From NCBI GenBank assembly GCA_965222115.1, contig CBDCTJ010000007.1, positions 2,784,001 to 2,848,000 of the forward strand: 64,000 nt of DNA. Direction: 5' to 3'. Made by a program: the position numbers and the translations under genes. The DNA is from Planctomycetota bacterium (lineage in GTDB: Bacteria > Planctomycetota > PLA2 > JAEUHO01). Of this stretch, positions 10,219 through 20,530 are shown in pieces. How positions within the stretch are numbered: position 1 is the stretch's first letter; each line of letters opens with the position of its first letter. The notes beneath the pieces are model-generated. The model did not search any database. It worked only from the letters and a program-made list of their open reading frames with translations, and was not told the origin of the DNA.

Positions 10219-10702
10219 CGCGGAGCGCTGACGCCGTCTCGTGAGGAAGGCCGTAAATGGTTACGACCGCATCCGACGTACCGGCCGTATGGAGATGCAG
10301 CCGCCCGAGCCGAAACGCACGCTCGAGAGGTCCCTGCGTAACGTCAAAGTATTGAATCCGGCTACGAGGCACGAGGTAGTGGTTTCGCCACCACGCCCCC
10401 TCGCGGTACTCCACGCGATCATCAAAGACGGCGTAGCCCGCATGGCGAAAGTGAAGTTGCGGAACGATCACCAAGAGCACGGCATCGACCACGATCCATG
10501 CGATCCCCAGCGCAAGGAGCACGCCGCGCACGGCCGGCGTGAACCACGCCTCGGAATACATGATCAGGCTACCGACACCGACGACTAAACACTCCATCAC
10601 GATCCGAATCAACCCCGAACGACGTAGATAGGGTACGACATTCGGGTCCAGGGATTGCCATGCCGGCGTGGCGGGTCCATCGACTGTTCGTTCGTCGCTC
10701 AT
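10178..10702 (-). CDS. Bacterial PH-domain membrane protein (YdbS-like)
   Basis: Two TM helices, then VPRSRIQYFDVTQGPLERAFRLG..TAG. Confidence 0.85.
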   Translation of the reverse strand: MSDERTVDGPATPAWQSLDPNVVPYLRRSGLIRIVMECLVVGVGSLIMYSEAWFTPAVRGVLLALGIAWIVVDAVLLVIVPQLHFRHAGYAVFDDRVEYREGAWWRNHYLVPRSRIQYFDVTQGPLERAFRLGRLHLHTAGTSDAVVTIYGLPHETASALRDELRGEGVGAGGV

Positions 10703-10779
10703 CCGCGTAGCCTATATGCCCAGTGCGGCGACTAGCGCGATTCAGCCGGTCGCTGGACACGACGAGGAGGTAACGACGG

Positions 10780-11508
10780 ATGACTCAAGAGTGGCGCTAC
10801 GAAGCATCGCTGCCCGGTGACATGACGCACACGATTCAGGTGGAAACCGAGGCAGACGATGTGGATTTCAATCTCGTCGTATTGGATGAGCAGGGGAACG
10901 AAGTGGCGCGCGACGACAGCCCTCGTTCGGATGCGCACGTCGCGTTCGATACCAGCGAAGGTGGGGCCTACGTTATCGTTGTTGAACTGGTGAAGGGGCG
11001 AGCGGGATTCAGTCTCAAGGCGTCATCGAAATCTCGGAACGTTCCCGATCCCTTGGCGACGATAGAAGCGATACAGACTGTCACGGCGGCGGAGATCGAT
11101 GAATTGATCGCTGCACACAATCGGTGGCGTGCGCGGTACGGTGTCGCACCGCTGTCTTGGTCTGATGACCTGGCAACGGTTGCATCCGATTGGGCGCGTA
11201 CCCTAGCTACATCCGGCATGAAGATGCGTCACCGCACGCCCAATCGCTACGGAGAAAACATCTATTGGTGTCGAGGGAAGCAAGCGAGCCCGGACGACGT
11301 GGTGGATGCATGGGGCAGCGAAGTTGAGTACTACGATGAAGCCAAGAACAACTGGTGGCCGCGCGCAGGCCACTGGAGCCAAGTCGTTTGGCACAACACA
11401 ACACACGTCGGTGGCGGTGTCGCACGCGTGGGCGACCAAGAGATGTGGGTCTGCAACTACGCTCCACGCGGAAATTGGAGCGGTGAACGCCCGTTTTCCG
11501 CACACTAG
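10780..11508 (+). CDS. CAP (SCP/PR-1) domain protein with N-terminal PPC-like beta domain
   Basis: HNRWRA, YGENI, GHWSQVVW, VCNYAPRGN; GAGGAGG RBS. Confidence 0.85.
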   Translation: MTQEWRYEASLPGDMTHTIQVETEADDVDFNLVVLDEQGNEVARDDSPRSDAHVAFDTSEGGAYVIVVELVKGRAGFSLKASSKSRNVPDPLATIEAIQTVTAAEIDELIAAHNRWRARYGVAPLSWSDDLATVASDWARTLATSGMKMRHRTPNRYGENIYWCRGKQASPDDVVDAWGSEVEYYDEAKNNWWPRAGHWSQVVWHNTTHVGGGVARVGDQEMWVCNYAPRGNWSGERPFSAH

Positions 11509-11535
11509 CGCTCCGCTAGCAAATCCTCGGTCGAC

Positions 11536-11970
11536 TTACTTGTCGCGTACTTCTTTGATTTTTTCCTGTAGTGCGTTCCACGCAGCATCAAACTTGTCAC
11601 GTGCGCCGTCCCACGCGTCGCCGCTGGCATCCTTGGCCGCAGCGAGGGCATTCTTCGTATCTTCCCATCGCGCGGCCAGGGAGTCTTTCGCGTCGGCGCC
11701 AAGTTTGGATGCCTTCTCCTTGGCGCTATCAAGTGTTGATTCCGCATTCTCCATAGCTTTTGAGAACAACGCGACCGCTTCATCTTTGCGTCCCGCGGTG
11801 TAGTTCGATATCGCGTTCCACGTCTTCTTGAGACCCGCGCCGATCTCCTTTGCGTCACGTTTCGCGTCGGCGCCGCAGCCAGATAGTGCGAAACATGCCA
11901 CGGAAAGTGCGGCCACAGTCAGTCCGATTCGAAAGGATGTTGAGCGTTGAATCATGGCTTCGTCCTTCAT
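11536..11970 (-). CDS. Hypothetical helical lipoprotein
   Basis: Lipobox LSGC; K/A/D-rich amphipathic helices. Confidence 0.65.
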   Translation of the reverse strand: MKDEAMIQRSTSFRIGLTVAALSVACFALSGCGADAKRDAKEIGAGLKKTWNAISNYTAGRKDEAVALFSKAMENAESTLDSAKEKASKLGADAKDSLAARWEDTKNALAAAKDASGDAWDGARDKFDAAWNALQEKIKEVRDK

Positions 11971-12043
11971 CTCGCGCGCGCCTCACCGATCGAGGCGTAC
12001 ACCACAAGTGTATGTCGACGTCAAGGGGAACGACGCCGGCTCA

Positions 12044-14725
12044 TTACTCGCCGGCAAGCGCGTTGCTTACGTAGGCACGAGCCGCGGCGAATGCGTCATC
12101 GAGTTGCTTTCGATCCTGGCCCATCCCCTGAGCCATTTGCGGGCGACCGCCGCCACCCCCGCCGAGCACGCGGGTGGTCGATGCGAGGAGATCGTTCGCG
12201 CTCAAACCACGCGCAACCACGGAATCGTTTAGCGCTGCCAGCAGAGGCGCCTTGTCACCTGCCTCACCTGCAATCAGTGCTACGTCAACACCGGCCTTCT
12301 TGAGTGTGTCCCAGACGCCTTTGAGTGCTTTGCCGTCCGCACCGGGTATGGCCGCAATCAACACCTTGATGCCGTCGATGGTCTCCGCCGACGACGCCAA
12401 ACCTGCCGCAGCTTGCTGCCCGGCCTCAAGTCTCGCGCGTTCCGCCTCACGTTTGAGTCGCTTGACTTCCCTTCGAAGCGCGTCCACGCGCTCGACGATT
12501 TCATTGGGCTTGGCCTTGAGCATGACACCGAGCGACTGCACAACGTCGCGAGCGCGCTGTGCGGCTTCAGCCGCACCGAGTCCGGTCACCGCTTCGATGC
12601 GCCGCACACCCGCTGCAATGTTGGTTTCCGTCGTCACATGAAATGTGCCGATGTCACCCGTGCGCACACAGTGCGTACCGCCGCAGAGTTCTCGCGAACC
12701 ACTGGCCACGTGGACGACGCGCACCTCGTCGTCGTATTTTTCACCGAAGAGCGCCATGGCGCCACTGGCTTTGGCGGCGTCCAAATCCATGACATCTGTC
12801 TCGACAGAGTCGTTGGCAACAATCCAACGGTTGACCACATCCTCCACGCGCTCGATCTCTTCGGGCGTCATGGCCTGTTCGTGATGAAAGTCAAAGCGCA
12901 AGCGATCGGGCGCCACAAGGGAACCCTCTTGGCGAACGTGATCACCCAACACGCGATGAAGGGCCGCATGCAGCAAATGCGTTGCTGTGTGATTGCGCCG
13001 CACTGCGTCTCGTACAGCGCCGGCTACACGCGCATGCACGACATCACCTACACGAAAACTCCCCTGCCGAAGTGAGCCGCGATGGAGAATGTAGCCTTCG
13101 GCGCTGGTTGTATCAAAGACCTCAAACGACGCCGCGTCGCTCGTAATGACGCCGCGATCTCCCACTTGTCCACCGGATTCGGCGTAAAAGGTGGATTGAT
13201 CCAAGACCAACACAACCTCGTCTTCAGGGCGATCGATGTGTTCTAGAAGATCACCGCCTTCACCAAACATACCGACAATATGCGCGTCGGTCTCAATGCC
13301 TGGATGCGCGTGGCCCAAAAAGGTGGTGGCGGCGACGCCCTTCGCCTTGAGTTCCATCAATGGACCACCAGCGAAAATGTCGCCCGCAATCTTACTGCCC
13401 GCGCGCGCGCGCTCGCGCTGGGCCTTCATTGCAGTTTCAAATCCCTTGTGATCGACGGCAAGCCCGCGCTCTACGAGTATTGCCTCGGCAAGATCTAGCG
13501 GAAAGCCGTAGGTGTCATACAGGCGAAAGGCCGCTTCGCCGGAGAGTGTCTTGTCGGATCCGAGTTTTCGTACTTCGCCTTCCAAATAGCGAAGGCCGGT
13601 GGTGTATGTTTCACGAAATCGCTTGTCTTCGCCCGCCAGTGTGCTTCGAAGTACGTCGGCGCCCTCGCACCACGTCGGATACGCCGTGCCCATGACCGAG
13701 AGTACCGGATCCACCATGTCGGCCAGGAACGGCTTCTCAAGTCCAAGTTGAATGCCATCGCGAATGGCACGCCGAAGGATGCGGCGAAGCACATAGCCTC
13801 GTCCTTCATTGCCGGGTTTGACTCCGTCTGCAATAAGCGCGCATGCTGCCCGCGAGTGTTCGGCAATGCGACGCATGCGCGCAGGATCCTCGCCGGGCGT
13901 CTGCAAGCCCTTGGGATCAAAAGCATAGGGTTTGTCCGCCATGCCCGCAACGTGTTCGATCATGGGGCGAAATAACGTTGATCCAAAGGGTGATTGCTCG
14001 CCCTCGATGGCAGCAACGAGGCGCTCGAATCCTGCGCCGCAGTCAATGTTTTCTTGCGGCAAGGGCTCCAGGTCGTTCACACCGCGGCGATTGAACTGTG
14101 TAAACACTGTGTTCCAAATCTCTACGAAGCGCCCGGAGTCGAATTGGTTTTCGTTCTCGTCCCCCAGCTCCGCGTCCTTGCCGTAATCGAAGAATATTTC
14201 TGCGCAAGGGCCGCACGGACCGTTGGGCCCCTTGCGGGGGGCATCGGCGGGCCAATAGTTTTCAGCTGCGTCAAAGCGGCGAATCGAGTCGCGCGACACC
14301 CCCGTTTTGATCCACGCCTTGTAGGCGACGTCGTCGTCCTTGTAGACCGAGACGCGCAAACGGTCGGCCGACAGGCCAAGTTCTCTGGTAAGAAACTCCC
14401 AGGCCCACGGAATCGCATCGTCCTTAAAGTAGTCGCCGAAACTGAAGTGCCCAAGCATCTCAAAGAACGTCAGGTGGCGTGGCGTCTTGCCTACATTGTC
14501 CAAATCACCTTGGCGAAAACACTTCTGAATTGTCGCCGCCCGCGAAAATGGCAGATCGCCCTTCCCCAAAAACATAGCCTTGAACTGATTCATGCCTGCG
14601 CCGGTAAACAGCAGCGTGGGATCGTTTTCAGGCACCAGCGAGGCACTCGGGTACACCGTGTGACCACGCGCTTCAAAAAACGCGCACCATGAAGCACGCA
14701 GCGCATCGGCGTTCGTAGAAGGCAT
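12044..14725 (-). CDS. alaS: Alanine--tRNA ligase
   Basis: DPTLLFTGAGMNQFK, HLTFFEMLG, NHTATHLLH, ELCGGTH, GGGGGRPQMAQG. Confidence 0.98.
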   Translation of the reverse strand: MPSTNADALRASWCAFFEARGHTVYPSASLVPENDPTLLFTGAGMNQFKAMFLGKGDLPFSRAATIQKCFRQGDLDNVGKTPRHLTFFEMLGHFSFGDYFKDDAIPWAWEFLTRELGLSADRLRVSVYKDDDVAYKAWIKTGVSRDSIRRFDAAENYWPADAPRKGPNGPCGPCAEIFFDYGKDAELGDENENQFDSGRFVEIWNTVFTQFNRRGVNDLEPLPQENIDCGAGFERLVAAIEGEQSPFGSTLFRPMIEHVAGMADKPYAFDPKGLQTPGEDPARMRRIAEHSRAACALIADGVKPGNEGRGYVLRRILRRAIRDGIQLGLEKPFLADMVDPVLSVMGTAYPTWCEGADVLRSTLAGEDKRFRETYTTGLRYLEGEVRKLGSDKTLSGEAAFRLYDTYGFPLDLAEAILVERGLAVDHKGFETAMKAQRERARAGSKIAGDIFAGGPLMELKAKGVAATTFLGHAHPGIETDAHIVGMFGEGGDLLEHIDRPEDEVVLVLDQSTFYAESGGQVGDRGVITSDAASFEVFDTTSAEGYILHRGSLRQGSFRVGDVVHARVAGAVRDAVRRNHTATHLLHAALHRVLGDHVRQEGSLVAPDRLRFDFHHEQAMTPEEIERVEDVVNRWIVANDSVETDVMDLDAAKASGAMALFGEKYDDEVRVVHVASGSRELCGGTHCVRTGDIGTFHVTTETNIAAGVRRIEAVTGLGAAEAAQRARDVVQSLGVMLKAKPNEIVERVDALRREVKRLKREAERARLEAGQQAAAGLASSAETIDGIKVLIAAIPGADGKALKGVWDTLKKAGVDVALIAGEAGDKAPLLAALNDSVVARGLSANDLLASTTRVLGGGGGGRPQMAQGMGQDRKQLDDAFAAARAYVSNALAGE

Positions 14726-14861
14726 GAGCGAATCTCCGGCAAAACGGGTTCGCCGGATTATTCACGAAGGGCTAGCAACTGCGCGATTCTGCCGGAACGC
14801 AGACAAAGTATGCCTCCTGGAGTGGTGACGGGATGCGGGGAATCTGACGAGAAAGGAAGCG

Positions 14862-15449
14862 TTATGGCTTCGAAAGCTCGGGCTCGGCTCTCGAAGCGCG
14901 TCGCAGGACGTCTTCAAGCTCTTTGATGTCCGCTTCGCTCGGCGCATGGATCTCAATGCAACCATCGTCATCACGTTCGACATCTCCAATGCCAGGGTGC
15001 CCGGCCTCAAGCTTGCTCATCGACGCTCGGCGTCGGCGTTCCGATTCCACGAATCGCGTAGCGCCCTTTAGCAAGAGTTGGTAGTCAAGTGCCTGCCGGA
15101 TTGCTCGATGTAGCGTCGCGCTGTCGCACGGTTTGGTGAGGAGCCGAAAGACATGCCCCTCGTTCACCGCGCTCATAGCGGCCTCCATCGATGCGTAGCC
15201 AGTCAAGAGTATGGTGGCCACGTGCGGAAAATCGACGCGACTCCGTGCAAGTAACTCGCGGCCGCGGATCTCCGGCATGCACTCGTCGCTCACCAGGACG
15301 TGAATGTCTCGGGTGGCAAGTATTTCGAGTGCTTCGGCGGCTGACGTGACAGCGTGCACGTCTGCGTCCAACGGAGTAAGCATGCGGCGATGAAGTTTGA
15401 GGATGGTGGGCTCATCATCTACTAGTAGTATTTGGGGCTTCGTTGTCAT
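14862..15449 (-). CDS. Response regulator (receiver domain plus short C-terminal tail)
   Basis: LLVDDEP, VSDECMP, LLTGYA, LTKP. Confidence 0.9.
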   Translation of the reverse strand: MTTKPQILLVDDEPTILKLHRRMLTPLDADVHAVTSAAEALEILATRDIHVLVSDECMPEIRGRELLARSRVDFPHVATILLTGYASMEAAMSAVNEGHVFRLLTKPCDSATLHRAIRQALDYQLLLKGATRFVESERRRRASMSKLEAGHPGIGDVERDDDGCIEIHAPSEADIKELEDVLRRASRAEPELSKP

Positions 15450-15486
15450 GTGATGTCCTTCACTGAATCACGTATCCTTCACTGAG

Positions 15487-17433
15487 TCATTGGGGCTCGC
15501 GCGTGGTGCTCGCGATGCGGGACGCGCCGAGGGCGTCTTGAACTGCGTCAATGAGCTTGGCTGGGGCAAAGGGCTTGCGGATGAGCTGATGGCGATCCCC
15601 ATCAAACTCATGCGCGTCCAACTTGGAGCGCGTGTGGCCCGACATAAACAAGATGGGAAGGTGCGGGTGCGTGCGGCGTACGGCTTTGGCAACTTCAGGG
15701 CCGCACGTGCCTGGCATGACGACGTCCAAGAGAAGCAATTCGGCGGGCCGCGACGTGTTCGTCACCGCGTCCATGACCTGGTTGGGCGAATCGCAGAGGA
15801 TCACCTCAAAACCGCGTGCGGACAGAATTCGTTCGCAAAGACGCCGTATGCCCGGCTCGTCTTCCAGAACGACAATGCGCGCACCGTGCATGTGCGCTTC
15901 AGACGAGGTCCGCTGTCCATCGGTGGCGCTGCTCGATCGCTCACAAAGCGGAATCTGCACGTCAAACCGAGTACCTGAGCCCACACGGCTGTGGACGTCG
16001 ATGGCGCCGCCAATGTCCGATACGACCCCGTAGACGATCGCAAGTCCCATCCCCGTGCCTTCGCCGACCTCCTTCGTGGTGAAGAACGGCTCAAAAACGC
16101 GCCCGCGCGTCTTTTCGTCCATGCCCATGCCCGTATCGGAAACACTAAGTACCGCACAGGGCACGGAAGCATCGGGCTTGGGTCCCCCGGGCTCGGTGGG
16201 AATGAGCGCCATAGTACGTCGCGTTGAGACGACCAACCGTCCACCGCGAGGCATGGCATCCTGGGCATTGATTACCAGGTTCATGACCACTTGCTCCAGT
16301 TCACTGGGATCGGCGATAATGGGCAGCTCACCGGACGACAGATCGCACTGAAACTCAATGTCCTCGCTCAGCAGGCGACGAAGCATATTGAGCATGTCTT
16401 CGACGACTTGATTGAGATTGACGTGCTGGGTACGCACGCGTCGTCCTCGGCCGAATACCAGCAATTGCCGTGTGAGCTCGGCCGCGCGATTCCCGGCCTC
16501 GAGAATGGCGTCTACATCCCCGCGTTGCCGCGTTCCGTTTGAGAATTCGTGGCGCAATTCGGCGCCATAGCCAAGAATGAGGGTAAGCAAGTTGTTGAAG
16601 TCATGCGCTACGCCTGCCGAAAGACGCCCCACCGCTTCTAGCTTGGTCGACCGCACCAGACGCTCTTGGGTCTGACGCAGTTCTTCGAGGCTGCGTTGCA
16701 GCGCATCATTGCTTTCAGACAGCTTGATGCGTTCACGCCGCAGCGAATTGGTCTGTCGTCGATCGTTTATCAGACGCGCCATGTGGCGTGCCACAAGCGA
16801 AAAGAACGATGCGTCACTCTCACTCGGAGCCGCGACATAGTGCGACATACGGCCTTTGGCGAATGTGGCAAGAATCAGAAACCAATGCTTGGACCCTGCG
16901 GAGGGTCGAATCGGCACGATTACATAGCGGTCACCACCATCGGGCGACAGTGGTAAGACGGGGTCCATGGCCTGAAAGAAGGACGTGATGCTCGACATCG
17001 TTGTGGATGCAGATTCGATCACAACGGTGACATCCTGTATGGGCGCGAGGACTTGACCGAGGCGTTGGTCGAGATTGTTGTTGACTCGCGTGCTTGGTGT
17101 CTTGACGCGCAAGCCTTGCGAGGCCCTTGGTACGTACTGGATCTCACGCCTTTCGATTTCAGCTTCCAACGTGGCGCACGCATGGACGAGAAAATGCTCT
17201 TCCATAAATTCCACGAGTTTGGCCAAAACGCCGACTTCATCTTCGCGAATATCGAAATCGGCAAACATGCGTACGGCGCCCTCAATACGCTCCAACTGAC
17301 GCTGGACCGTTGATTGGTAGATCGAGAGTCGATGCTCCGTACGCACGAGCAGTTTGACCTGCTCTTCAAGCGCCGTATTCTCACGGCGGAGTGCCTCAAT
17401 CTTTTGTTCGAGGGATGCCTCGCCCTGCGTCAT
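15487..17433 (-). CDS. Cytoplasmic hybrid histidine kinase
   Basis: H-box GVAHDFNNLL, N-box, DTGMGM, FEPFFTTK, GTGMGL, C-terminal receiver (LDVVMPG). Confidence 0.93.
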   Translation of the reverse strand: MTQGEASLEQKIEALRRENTALEEQVKLLVRTEHRLSIYQSTVQRQLERIEGAVRMFADFDIREDEVGVLAKLVEFMEEHFLVHACATLEAEIERREIQYVPRASQGLRVKTPSTRVNNNLDQRLGQVLAPIQDVTVVIESASTTMSSITSFFQAMDPVLPLSPDGGDRYVIVPIRPSAGSKHWFLILATFAKGRMSHYVAAPSESDASFFSLVARHMARLINDRRQTNSLRRERIKLSESNDALQRSLEELRQTQERLVRSTKLEAVGRLSAGVAHDFNNLLTLILGYGAELRHEFSNGTRQRGDVDAILEAGNRAAELTRQLLVFGRGRRVRTQHVNLNQVVEDMLNMLRRLLSEDIEFQCDLSSGELPIIADPSELEQVVMNLVINAQDAMPRGGRLVVSTRRTMALIPTEPGGPKPDASVPCAVLSVSDTGMGMDEKTRGRVFEPFFTTKEVGEGTGMGLAIVYGVVSDIGGAIDVHSRVGSGTRFDVQIPLCERSSSATDGQRTSSEAHMHGARIVVLEDEPGIRRLCERILSARGFEVILCDSPNQVMDAVTNTSRPAELLLLDVVMPGTCGPEVAKAVRRTHPHLPILFMSGHTRSKLDAHEFDGDRHQLIRKPFAPAKLIDAVQDALGASRIASTTREPQ

Positions 17434-18740
17434 TCGAGTGCATCCTCACGTGGTTTGGGAGGCAACACGGCACAGACGACCGCCGTGTAGTTGTGGTAAC
17501 TGGTTTGGCCGTGGATGGGCGCGATTTCACCGTAGGTGTGGCAGCCAATCCACGGAACCGTGGGCGCCATCGATCGCCGAACGGGCGCCACAATTTCTTC
17601 TGAAGCACATCCGCCAAAGAGAATGCGTCCGCGACCTGCGCAGTCGAATTGCAAAACCATGAGCGGTGATCGGTCGGCGATTCGCTCACGCATATGCGTT
17701 GCCGATTCCTCTAGCGATTGCCGTATCGTCGTCGGGTCTCGGCGCATCATGCAAACGGCGGTGCCCGTATCGAGTCCGCCTCCAGGAACGCGTAGTGCTC
17801 CTGTAGACTTATCGAGGTCAAGCGGCGTGCGGACAATGTACTTATCGCCAATGTCACCCTCTTCATGTTCCGTGGGAATGCCAATACATAGATGGACGAT
17901 GCCCTGCGCGTTTAGGTCCTGCGGATCCCCGGACAAGTAGGTGCGCAAAACGTCCCACGCCGGTACACCATCGATTTCATGGACCCAGCCGTCACTGCCG
18001 CGCGTGATCTCGCGCTTGGATCCAAGTGGCGTACATCCGTGGCTAAGGGCGATCTCGATCTCAGGCCCACCTGAGATGAGCATGGCTCCGACGGCGCCGG
18101 TGTATGCGCGGCCACGCGCGTACTGATACGTTCGCTCGAACAACATGCCATCGGCAGCGGCTCCACCTATGACCGTGATATCGGGCTTGAGGCTTTCCTT
18201 TAGTGCGGCAAGCATCGCCGTGCAATCGCCACGGAGCCCGTCGGGAAAGAGCATGAGTAAGGCCGGCTTGTCGCCTGCATCCGTATTGGCTTCATCGGCG
18301 AGGCGCTTACCGATCTCTCGTGGAGCGTCGTCGAAGGCCTCATGAAGGTAGGCGTGGAAATCGAGCTGCGGGCTGTGGATCGCCAGTACGGAGCAGGCGT
18401 AGTCTCGCTCGAGTGACTCGTTTCCTGCAATGACCCCCTCGCCGGAACAACCGGCTATGGGGATGTCGCCAAGCACAGTGCGGATGGATCGCAAGAGCAC
18501 GGCTTGATCGTGGGCGGCGGTGGCGAAGACGATGGCGCCGTTGGGCTTGGGACGTTGCCTGTTGCCACTATCGCCGAGCGCGGCGAGCGCAGATTCGGCC
18601 GCTACCCGTCCAGCGGTTGCCGAACAGCGTTCAAGTGACAACCCAACCGCCGATCGTGAGCCGGTAGATGATGTCTGCAGGGTGGAATTTTCTGTGTGTG
18701 TGCTCATGAACGCGAGCCCTAATGCTTGGAGCTCCGCCAC
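17430..18740 (-). CDS. FIST N/C domain sensor protein
   Basis: GCSGEG, GGAAAD, HGCTPLG, VHEIDG, DCAGRG, TYGEI..HNYT; start probably nearer 18707. Confidence 0.88.
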   Translation of the reverse strand: MAELQALGLAFMSTHTENSTLQTSSTGSRSAVGLSLERCSATAGRVAAESALAALGDSGNRQRPKPNGAIVFATAAHDQAVLLRSIRTVLGDIPIAGCSGEGVIAGNESLERDYACSVLAIHSPQLDFHAYLHEAFDDAPREIGKRLADEANTDAGDKPALLMLFPDGLRGDCTAMLAALKESLKPDITVIGGAAADGMLFERTYQYARGRAYTGAVGAMLISGGPEIEIALSHGCTPLGSKREITRGSDGWVHEIDGVPAWDVLRTYLSGDPQDLNAQGIVHLCIGIPTEHEEGDIGDKYIVRTPLDLDKSTGALRVPGGGLDTGTAVCMMRRDPTTIRQSLEESATHMRERIADRSPLMVLQFDCAGRGRILFGGCASEEIVAPVRRSMAPTVPWIGCHTYGEIAPIHGQTSYHNYTAVVCAVLPPKPREDALE

Positions 18741-19051
18741 AACCGAATCGAGTTCTTATCGACGATTGCGTTTGTCGATTTGACTGTGTTCGCCGATTTG
18801 ACGTCTGATTCGTTGCTACTCGCGCACAAGTCGTCCTTTGTGAATCATTGGCGACGATTTGCGTTGCGCACACAGTACCGTGCGCCGCCCAGTAAATGCG
18901 ACGACGCGCGGTACAAACCTCCGTTCGGATGCTGGTGAGTCACCGTAGGTAGGACGTTTACGCTGCTTCCGCTATCTGCCAGTTTCGCTATCTGAAACGT
19001 GACCCATGCCCGATAAGTTGTGCACTCATAAAACGTAGGTGCTGGTCCCCA

Positions 19052-19115
19052 GAGTGAAGGAGTTAGGGAGTGAAGGAGTTAGGGAGCGAAGGAGTTGGCG
19101 AGTGAAGAAGTCAGC
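19052..19115. repeat. Degenerate 16-bp tandem repeat, 4 copies
   Basis: GAGTGAAGGAGTTAGG x2, then two diverged copies, downstream of recA. Confidence 0.85.
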
Positions 19116-19164
19116 ACGCGGCGGTGCGGATAGCCCGTCATTACGAGACGGTCGTTAGGATCCG

Positions 19165-20400
19165 TCAAGATGACGAGGTTTCTGCCGTTTCTGGTTTCTC
19201 CATCAGTCCATGCTTTTCAAGCAGTAGCGGAATGCCCAGCGCCTGCGCCGTTTCTTTCTCAAGACCCGTCAAGATGTCCTCATTTTGGCGCAAGAACTCG
19301 CAGGACTTCTCCTTGCCCTGGCCAAGTCGCGTCTCTTTCCACGAGAACCACGAACCGCTCTTTGTGGCGACACCGCCATTCACGGCAAGGTCCAACAAGT
19401 CACCCACGCGATCGATGCCGCGACCGAACATGATGTCGAACTCGGCAATGCGGAAGGGCGGTGCAATCTTGTTCTTGACCACCTTGGCGCGCGTGCGGTT
19501 GCCCATGACTTGGTCGCCCGGGCCCTTGATGGAACCAATACGACGCATGTCGATGCGGACGGATGCATAGAACTTGAGGGCACGTCCCCCACTGGTGGTT
19601 TCGGGACTGCCAAACATGACGCCGATTTTCATGCGGATTTGATTGGTGAAAATCATGGCGGCGTTGGACTGACGGATGGCGCCACCGAGCTTACGCAGTG
19701 CCTGGCTCATCAACCGGGCCTGGAGACCCACGTGGGTGTCTCCCATTTCGCCCTCGATTTCGGCCTTGGGAACCAGCGCCGCCACAGAGTCGATCACCAC
19801 CACGTCAACCGCGTTGCTGCGAATGAGCGCTTCGGCGATTTCTAGCGCCTGCTCACCCGTATCGGGCTGGCTGACCAACAACTCGTCGAGATTTACACCC
19901 AAATTCTTGGCATAGGACGCATCAAAGGCGTGCTCAGCATCGATGAACGCGCACGTACCCCCTTGCTTCTGTGCGCTGGCAATGATGTGACTACACAGCG
20001 TGGTCTTACCGGAACTCTCTGGGCCATAGATCTCGGTAATGCGTCCGCGCGGAATGCCGTAGCCACCGAGCGCAACATCGAGCGAAATGCTGTGGGTACT
20101 GATACCGTCGATCCCAACGGCACCCTTCTCACCAAGGGTCATAATGGAACCCTTGCCGTAGTTCTTTTCAATCTGAGCAAGCGCGAAGTCGAGCGCCTTC
20201 TTCTTTTGCGTGTCGCCGCTTTTCGTGCTTCCCTTTTGGCCGCCCTTCGCACTGCCTTTGCTAACACCACTGCCTTTGCCAACACCACTGGCATTGCTAT
20301 TTCGGCTGGGTTTCTTTGTGCCCGCACTTCCCTTCGCGGAGGAACGCCCGGCAGGTGTGCTCGCCTTTTTGCCAATCACCTTCTTGTTCTGAACCACCAT
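19165..20400 (-). CDS. recA: Recombinase A with N-terminal low-complexity extension
   Basis: [36 protein letters not shown]. Confidence 0.98.
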   Translation of the reverse strand: MVVQNKKVIGKKASTPAGRSSAKGSAGTKKPSRNSNASGVGKGSGVSKGSAKGGQKGSTKSGDTQKKKALDFALAQIEKNYGKGSIMTLGEKGAVGIDGISTHSISLDVALGGYGIPRGRITEIYGPESSGKTTLCSHIIASAQKQGGTCAFIDAEHAFDASYAKNLGVNLDELLVSQPDTGEQALEIAEALIRSNAVDVVVIDSVAALVPKAEIEGEMGDTHVGLQARLMSQALRKLGGAIRQSNAAMIFTNQIRMKIGVMFGSPETTSGGRALKFYASVRIDMRRIGSIKGPGDQVMGNRTRAKVVKNKIAPPFRIAEFDIMFGRGIDRVGDLLDLAVNGGVATKSGSWFSWKETRLGQGKEKSCEFLRQNEDILTGLEKETAQALGIPLLLEKHGLMEKPETAETSSS

Positions 20401-20530
20401 GGCCTAAGCCCTCCTTCTGCTTCCTTGCTGCTTACTGCTTCACTACGGACCTACTCATACGTCGCATAACGACGAGTTCGGCCACACCCACAAAGCAGCG
20501 CACTCAGGGGCACGAACTGCGATACGCGGA

